In this document: piece by piece, positions 57,301 through 64,000 of the stretch | Numbering within the stretch: the stretch's first letter is position 1 | Layout: every line of letters starts with the position of its first letter | Assembly: GCA_950097015.1 (NCBI GenBank) | Contig: CATNEN010000038.1 | Coordinates: forward strand, 30,194,001-30,258,000 | DNA length: 64,000 bases | Origin: Macrostomum hystrix | Lineage: Eukaryota > Animalia > Platyhelminthes | Direction: 5' to 3' | Translations under genes and position numbers: made by a program | Notes under the pieces: model-generated | The model's input: the letters and a program-made list of their open reading frames with translations, nothing else | Database searches by the model: none | Told to the model about the DNA's origin: nothing

Positions 57301-57917
57301 CTCTCGCAAGTCTCTACTGTTGCCATACTTACGCTCGTATTTTCAAGGACCACTAAAGTAAATTAGTTACTTTAGTAGTCCTCGACTTATTTTACGATCA
57401 ATTTATATTATCTTAAAGTTCATTATGGCATCCGTTATTACTCTCTTTGTCCCCTACAGCTCCCTCTCTATCTGTCCTTACCCTGCAATAAGAATTGGTA
57501 GGCGATCCACCTCTTTTCATTGTTCTTATGGTCCGAACAGTGCACGCGCAGGATTGATTGACCAGCTCACGAGGTATTTATCGACGCTAATTTTGATCTC
57601 TGAGCTAGAAATACACTTGGTGGCCAATCAGATCAAGCCAAACAAACCGTACAAGACTCGTGGTGGTAACATCTTATACGTGTACCTGGCTCTCAAAGGT
57701 CAAATTTTACGCAAAAAGTGCTTCAGATCGCATTTGTTTCGACCAAACACACTGACTTGAGCTGTCGACTTAATCCAAGCGCAAGTGATACATTTTCAAA
57801 TCCTAAATAAAAAATTCGATCGACTTAAACATAGCCTCTATATCATAATTTTATTTTTTTCCGGGAAAAAACACGATCTGTAAAAACCTAGACGCGCACC
57901 ATAAAAAACTTATAAAA

Positions 57918-58280
57918 TAATTGCAGGAGGGCTGCGGGCAATGGCACATCATTTAGTGACACTAGACCCGCAGCCAGCGAGGAGGCAATTCTGCCCATTT
58001 CGCTGACTCCTGAGCACACACGCACACAAATACTGTACGCAGGCATACGCTCACACAGGTGTGTACATCCGCCCTGACTTTCTCATCGTCAGGCAGTGTA
58101 CACTTCGATCCTTGCCAAATTCCTTGGAGGTTGGCCCTCAAGGGCGTCAATTGCACGACAAGCCCCAAAGCCTTCTCTCTGCGGCTGCGCCCCAAATAAA
58201 TGTGGCCTCGCCGTGGAATCTAACTTAGGGACCGTGGTGTGAGAGGCAAACGCGATAACCGCTCTGCCACTCACCCCCCG
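57918..58280 (-). mobile_element. SINE family A, near full-length copy in intron 1 of the RNF213-like gene
   Basis: Reverse complement of the 26399 element including the A-box TGGCAGAGCGG and TTAGATTCC. Confidence 0.88.
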
Positions 58281-59843
58281 ACGCACACCATACACACTCA
58301 AAGGTGAAGATAAATTTGAGTACTTATAAAAAAACAAAAAACGATGAGAATTAAGTAATCGACTAGACATGCTAGAGCAGCAAAATTAATTTGGCAGCAA
58401 AAAGTATTGACACGAGACTAAGTTAGAGATGTGATTTACATCGGGAAATAATGTTAAATACATTTTTTTGAATCAACGTGGAAAATTTGTTATTCGCACC
58501 TTAAATATTATGGGCTCCAAATTAATGATTGAACCGTTTTAAAAGTGTTTACTAGAAAGCAGTATAAATTATTGAGTTAAAATATAATTTACATTTTTGT
58601 AGTTAGACTTACCAACATGGAGCGAAACAACAGAAGAAACACCACTGTGTGGTTTTCTTCCTGTCGCCATGATTTCTAATCAGCACCGCGCTAGTTGGTG
58701 CATGACACGAACGCACTCTGCACACAATTCTGGATTTTTCCGTAGTTTATGATAAGTAGCTATATATATCGATATTTTTAAGTCACAGCAAAATAATAGT
58801 AGAACTAAAGTCTGAGCTAAACTTTCACATGACAGTAATGATGTCTTAAAAATATCCAGATTTGCCTCGTTCTAAATGTTCAAGAAAGTTAAGGGACACT
58901 TTGATTTCTCGAAACTATAGGCGTAGTGCAGTAATTTAAATGGCGAAAACGAAAAACGAAAATTGAAATAGCTCAGACGCAACAATATAATTTTCTTTCG
59001 CGATTTATTATCAAAGTTATTGCTTTTTAATTTTAAATGGCTCTTCTGAGAAAAGCTTTTGGCGTACATAGTTATTTTGTTTAATTTCTTACTAAGCGCG
59101 ATTTTGCAAATTGGACCGATTTGATTTAGAATGATATAGAAACTTTTTAGACGATTTGGATCCATACAAGAGTCTTTGCTAGTAAACTAACCTTTAAACT
59201 AACATAAGCGTGTATCAGTTATGCTTTCATATATCGCGTATTTATAAATGTAGCACAATGTATTTAGGAAATTTAAGGAATACGTTTATATCTTTATATG
59301 TCTACGTGTACTTCACAACTTTTTACTATTCAGTACATTTCTATGATCTATCGTGTTGACTAAAAGCAAATTTAAATTAATTACCGTTCATGCAGTCGTG
59401 ACCATGACTATTTTAGACGCCATTTTAACTGCCAATGCTTGCTCTATACAGTTGCAGCAGACAACACGTATTTTGTATTTATTAAATATTCAAAGTTTCA
59501 GTATAGGCATAAATATATTCAAATAATGTAAAAAATACCAAAAAGCATTGGAAAATGTTATTTAATATATATTCTTAATGGTGACAATTTAAATTTCAAC
59601 TATTGAACACTTTTTACAGTTTTTTCATATGAAACAGAACTTAAATATTTACAAATAAAAATTACTCGCATAAAATAAAGTAATGTATCAACACTCCACA
59701 ACGAGTCTACAAAGAAAAATTTTAGGTAGAAAAACTTAAAAGATTTGAGTACGCTATAAATATTTTTTATATTGTTAGCAACTGAAGGCTATATTTACAG
59801 TAAAGTTTTATTGAATAAGTGAGACAGTCGGTAGGACTGGTCA

Positions 59844-62288
59844 TTACTGAAGTTTTTCCTGGATTGCCGGGTCGACTATGTTATCATTTTCGCCATGCAG
59901 CCAGTAAGTCTTCTGCAGGCCTTTACCCTGAAAATATTTATTAAAATTCGATTTGTAGTTAATGCAAGATAATATTAATGATAATTATAATAATAACATT
60001 TGTTTAAGCGGTCTGTGAGCCTGCTACCAGTTAAGGATGGAATTTAACGTTCCTATTTGATAGCCTGAGCACACTCAAGCACGCGTAAATTCGTTCAGTG
60101 TTTCACTTTTATCACCTTCATTTCAACCTCGCCTCGAACTGTAGTGACAAAGCCACCAATTTCTTCTAGAATTGCATGCGTCTGGGAGCTAATGTGAATC
60201 TTCAGCGGCATGCCATTGCTTTCCATCCGGGACGCGGTGTTGACTGTGTCGCCAAACAGACAGTAGCGCGGCATTTTAAGACCGACGACGCCGGCGCACA
60301 CTGGACCTGACAAAAGTTTTGTGGTTGAAATAACAAATTTGCGATAGTCAAGCAGGTACACAACCTGGGGTGACGAGATAATAACACAAAAAGTGGGACG
60401 CAGGTACAGAAGGCTCTCAAACGGGAGGCTCTCAGACAGAAAGCTCTCAGACAGAAGGCTCTCAAACAGAAGGCTCTCAAACAGGAGGCTCTCAAACAGA
60501 AGGCTCTCAAACGGAAGGCTCTAAAACAGAAGGCTCTCGAACAGGGGGCTCTCAGATAGGAGGCTTTCTGACAGAAGGCTCTCAAACAGAAGGCTCTCGA
60601 ACAGGGGGCTCTTTGACAAAAGGCACTTGGAACTCTAACCTGAATGAATTCCGATGCGTAGTTTAAGCTGAGTGTCCGGCTTGTGTCTAATCTTAAACGA
60701 GAAAATGTTTCGCAGAAAACTGAGCGACATGCGGGCAATCTCGCGCGCGTGAAGGTTCCCATTGCGACCAGGCAGGCCGGAAACGACCATGTAGGCGTCT
60801 CCGATTGTCTCCACTTTGTAGCAGTCGTACTGCTCGATGATCCGGTCAAACAGTGTGTACAGGTCGTTGAGAAGATTTACGACCTGGATGTTATTCAATT
60901 GGTGACAAATAATAACTACTATATAATGTTCTAGGCAAATGGTATGATGCATTTTGTACGAGAAGGGCTGTGGCCGCTGGCGCAACATTTGGCGAGGAGG
61001 CAATTTTTCCCATTCCACTGACCTCTGAGCATTCAGATACGTCTAATGGCCCAGGCGTTCAGGATTGTGATTTTTGCTTCGGGCCGTTCAGAATTGTGTC
61101 TGTCTATGGCGAAACCTCGCTCAATAGGCATTAGACAATCATGTAGGATTCTACGTCGCATAAAGTAAACTTGGTTACTGAATTGCCGTCTATGGCAAAA
61201 ACAACTCGTGTGCTTCGGGGTTGGCCCTCAAGGGCCGGTCGTGCAGATTTGCACTACAAGCTCCCAACACAAGTCTTTTCTCTGCGGCTGCGGCTGGCCT
61301 CGCCGCGGAATCGAGCTCACTAAAGATTAATACGAGAAGTATATATATTAGAATAAGCTAATCTAAGAGCAGCCTTTACATTCTTTATTGAGCACTTCAC
61401 CGAGTTACACTTAAACTACGTCACCTCCATCGGTGTACTCTCGCTCGACAGTGCCGTAAATCCGCAAATATCCGAGAAGTAAATTGTAACTCCGTCGAAC
61501 CATTCGGCAGTGACAGATTCGCCTTTCATCAGTGTGGTGGCCACGGACTTTGGCAGCATGCAGTAGAGCAGATTCTCTGCCTTCTTCTTTTCCTCCAGGT
61601 ACTGGTCGGTTCGTTTAGCAACTAGGCTCTCCAGATTATTGGAGTATTGCTCCATGCGTTTCAACAGATTGTCCAGGATGTTGCCAGATTCCGCCTCCTT
61701 GTTGAAGCGGCTAATGCGGCTCTTGACGGCGTTGAAATTCGGCCTGGCACTCGGGTCCTCGTGCCAGCAGCTGCGCACAATGCCTAGCAGTGCTTGGGCT
61801 CGTTCGGCGTCAAGGTCGACTAGCTCCTGACTGAGGCTGGGACGGAATGGCGGCTGCGAGGCGACTGGCTGGCGCACTTTGTCGATTATGTCTGATGAAA
61901 AAATACAGGGTGTTAAGAAAATGCCTTTCATCAATAGATACTGGTACCCATTTAACAGCTGAGTGAACTGAAGCAATGAAGAGTTAAGTGTCGTGCTAAA
62001 GGACACAAATTATATCATTAGAGTCAGGAATCGAAGCCCAACCTTTAGGCTACAACCGCTCCTACAGTTAAAAATAAGCAAGCTACTCTACTGACAGTAA
62101 AGCAAAAGGAAACGGTTCTGTCTCACCCTGTGGCTCGGCAAAGTCGTAGTCGCTAATGTAGAAAACACCTTTCCTGTAGATTATTTCCTGGGCGATGATG
62201 GCGAAACTGTAAACGTCTCCTTCGCGAGTGCCTTCGGCTGGACCATTGGGCATACTTCTGAGAAGCTCTGGTGCAGTCCAAAGTTTGT
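59844..62288 (-). CDS. Receptor (membrane) guanylyl cyclase, NPR-like: kinase-homology end, coiled-coil and cyclase domain; exons 62288-62127, 61891-61425, 60883-60640, 60306-60116, 59927-59844; 5' exons not identified in window
   Basis: [61 protein letters not shown] (GTP-specifying Glu), [17 protein letters not shown] (Cys), [10 protein letters not shown]; phases compatible. Confidence 0.95.
60406..60622. repeat. 15-bp minisatellite (acagaaggctctcaa)n, about 14 copies, in a guanylyl cyclase intron
   Basis: Directly visible. Confidence 0.93.
61219..61320 (-). mobile_element. SINE family A fragment
   Basis: gttggccctcaaggg...ggcctcgccgcggaatcgagctc matches the other copies. Confidence 0.7.
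61935..62050 (-). mobile_element. SINE family B fragment overlapping the acceptor region of a cyclase intron
   Basis: ctggtacccatttaacagctg...gagttaagtg...ctaaaggacacaaa, nearly identical to 20794-20862. Confidence 0.8.
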
Positions 62289-62384
62289 CTGCGTGTACAC
62301 AGGTTGTTTTTATATTATGTAGGATTCTCGATTGATGAAGAGATATTGTGAAGGCAGTAATTCACATTATAAAATACACACAGA

Positions 62385-62680
62385 GGGCAAGTGGCAGAGC
62401 GGTAAACACGTTTGCCTCTCGCACCAAGGTCCCTGAGCTCGATTCCGCGGCGAGGCCACATTCAATTTTGGGCGCTGCCGCGGAGAGAAGGCTTGGGGAC
62501 TTGTCGTGCATTATAAATCTACGACAATAATAAAACCCCGAAGTCAAAATGAGGGTGTACACTGCCAGACAATGAGAAAGTCAGAGCAGATGTAAACTTA
62601 AATGTGAGGATGTGCTTGAGTCCGATATCTGTGCATGTGTGCTCAGGAGTCAGTGGAGTGGGCAGAATTGCTCCACCCTC
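62385..62680 (+). mobile_element. SINE family A, diverged copy
   Basis: gtggcagagcggtaaacacgtttgcctctcgcaccaaggtccctgagctcgattcc...gctcaggagtcag. Confidence 0.85.
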
Positions 62681-64000
62681 CTAGAAATTATATAAAGCCA
62701 AATTATTATAGGAATGCACAATTATAATAGATAATATTAGTAATATAGTATGTTTATGTGCTTGCTTTTTGTTAGATACGAAGATCACAACATGATGATC
62801 GATGCAAAATAGTTCAATCAAATTAAGAGGCTTGGTCAGAAAATTAAAATTATTTTGAAACATAATAGGTGAAATAACATGTTTATAAGTTCAAAGTTGA
62901 TCGGAAATCGAACCCCCGTCCCGTAAGTCATGTGTACGACGCTATAACAACTAGATAAATTGACCCTAATTTTCTAGGTGAATTTTCTTTGCGTTGCTAA
63001 ATTTCTTTTTATTATCAGATGTCTCCCATAAATATTTATTAAGGCTTTGTTTTACTAGTTAATCAAAATAACAAAAATTTAAGTTAATTATTCTGCCATT
63101 ATAAAAAGAACTACACGCAAGGAACAGATAAGTAAAGGTTGTTAGATAAAATATAGTTGAATTTTTCGAATTTTTTATTAAACAAGAAGTATATTATTAA
63201 GGACCACTAGAATTTAGAATTTCTATGACTAGTGGCCCTCGCTAATCATATTAACTGCTTCGAAATTTACGATCAGTAGGGATGTGAAGATTAGGAGAAA
63301 AAATATGAACAGAAAGCTTCAGATTTAGACTGACCAAGCAAAGCGCAGTTAAACAAATTTCGTTACTTAATTCAACGCCGCGATCATACTCAAACGGTTG
63401 AGTAGTCACCCTCTGATTTTCACTGACAATACATTTTTTCATAGTAATCCAAGGACTTCTATATATAGCACGCATAACAGGTGCTTTATTCAGAAGTCCT
63501 TGGTCCGCGCTGCGTCCAATTACCTTATCTTGTTTTTCTGACTAGCTGAACCGATTATAACCGTTTGATTATAAGCGGAGCAATAATTTTAAATACAATG
63601 TTTTGTACTTGAAAAAGCTGTCTGGGCGCATTGGCAGTTGGCACACGACCAGAAAAAATTTGCCTGTTTACCGTAGAATTGTCCTGAAATTTTAAACAGT
63701 GACGATGGGAATTTCATGCAGGCTTCAGTGCATATATACTTGTAATATTTATTACTAAGAAATATAGAAATCAAAACGAATTCATCAACAATTTTTGCTA
63801 AACACAGAAAGCTTCGATATATCAATCACAGCTGCATAATGGATTAAATGGCATTAGTCTGATAACAAGAGCTTTCTAACATCTAGTTGTAATCTTGTTT
63901 TGTTTAACCGAATTAGAAAAAATGCATTTTGCATGCAGTTATCCTACAGGCAAAGCTGCTTCAATTCTAGTTCTAAACCTTGCTGCGATTCTAGTTCTAA

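Larger units (their letters stand above)
39664..58670 (-). pseudogene. RNF213: RNF213/mysterin-like giant AAA+ ATPase gene (about 4,710 codons if repaired); reading frame disrupted in this assembly
   Basis: Exons 58670-58613, 57100-56701, 54340-52077, 51797-40848, 40684-40280 and 39723-39664 (last one tentative), all GT-AG. They total 14137 nt, and adding the 2 missing nt gives a multiple of 3. Motifs: SDRPSVGKS, YVLTADNFLKM..VPVVLIGETGCGKTSLI, FLDEIN, LVYRVNPLPES, ALRENVF..IPVFLVGKPGCSKS, SNWALDPAKMNR, LYDMLNQNY, FLNRFEK. Lesions: in-frame TAG at 47987-47989, frameshifts at about 45787 and 54175. Confidence 0.8.

Overview
Eukaryotic (animal) genomic DNA with GT-AG introns. The Ala/Ser-rich proteins, minisatellite-filled introns and tRNA-derived SINEs resemble a free-living flatworm such as Macrostomum; this is inference only. 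Three large genes lie on the minus strand. (1) A dystrophin/utrophin-like gene: 14 exons traced by hand from 28255 to 1029, continuing off the left edge. Most of its introns carry their own minisatellite, and one hosts a nested antisense gene for a C-type-lectin-like membrane protein. (2) An intron-poor RNF213/mysterin-like giant AAA+ ATPase gene (58670 to about 39664, about 4,700 codons). It is broken by one in-frame TAG and two apparent 1-nt frameshifts, has no visible RING and has a degenerate RZ-like finger. (3) The 3' half of a receptor guanylyl cyclase (62288 to 59844). Between (1) and (2) is an accessory block: two copies of an unrecognised two-exon secreted-peptide gene, a decayed DIRS/Ngaro-type retroelement between them, and an intron-containing Crypton-type tyrosine recombinase with inverted repeats. 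At least three SINE families are scattered throughout. The most unusual pattern is in the dystrophin introns. Independent arrays repeatedly contain 5'-splice-site words or their complements (U1-like). Three consecutive arrays share a GGTGAGATTT core in alternating orientation around the only two frame-asymmetric rod exons, which could allow competing RNA pairing.
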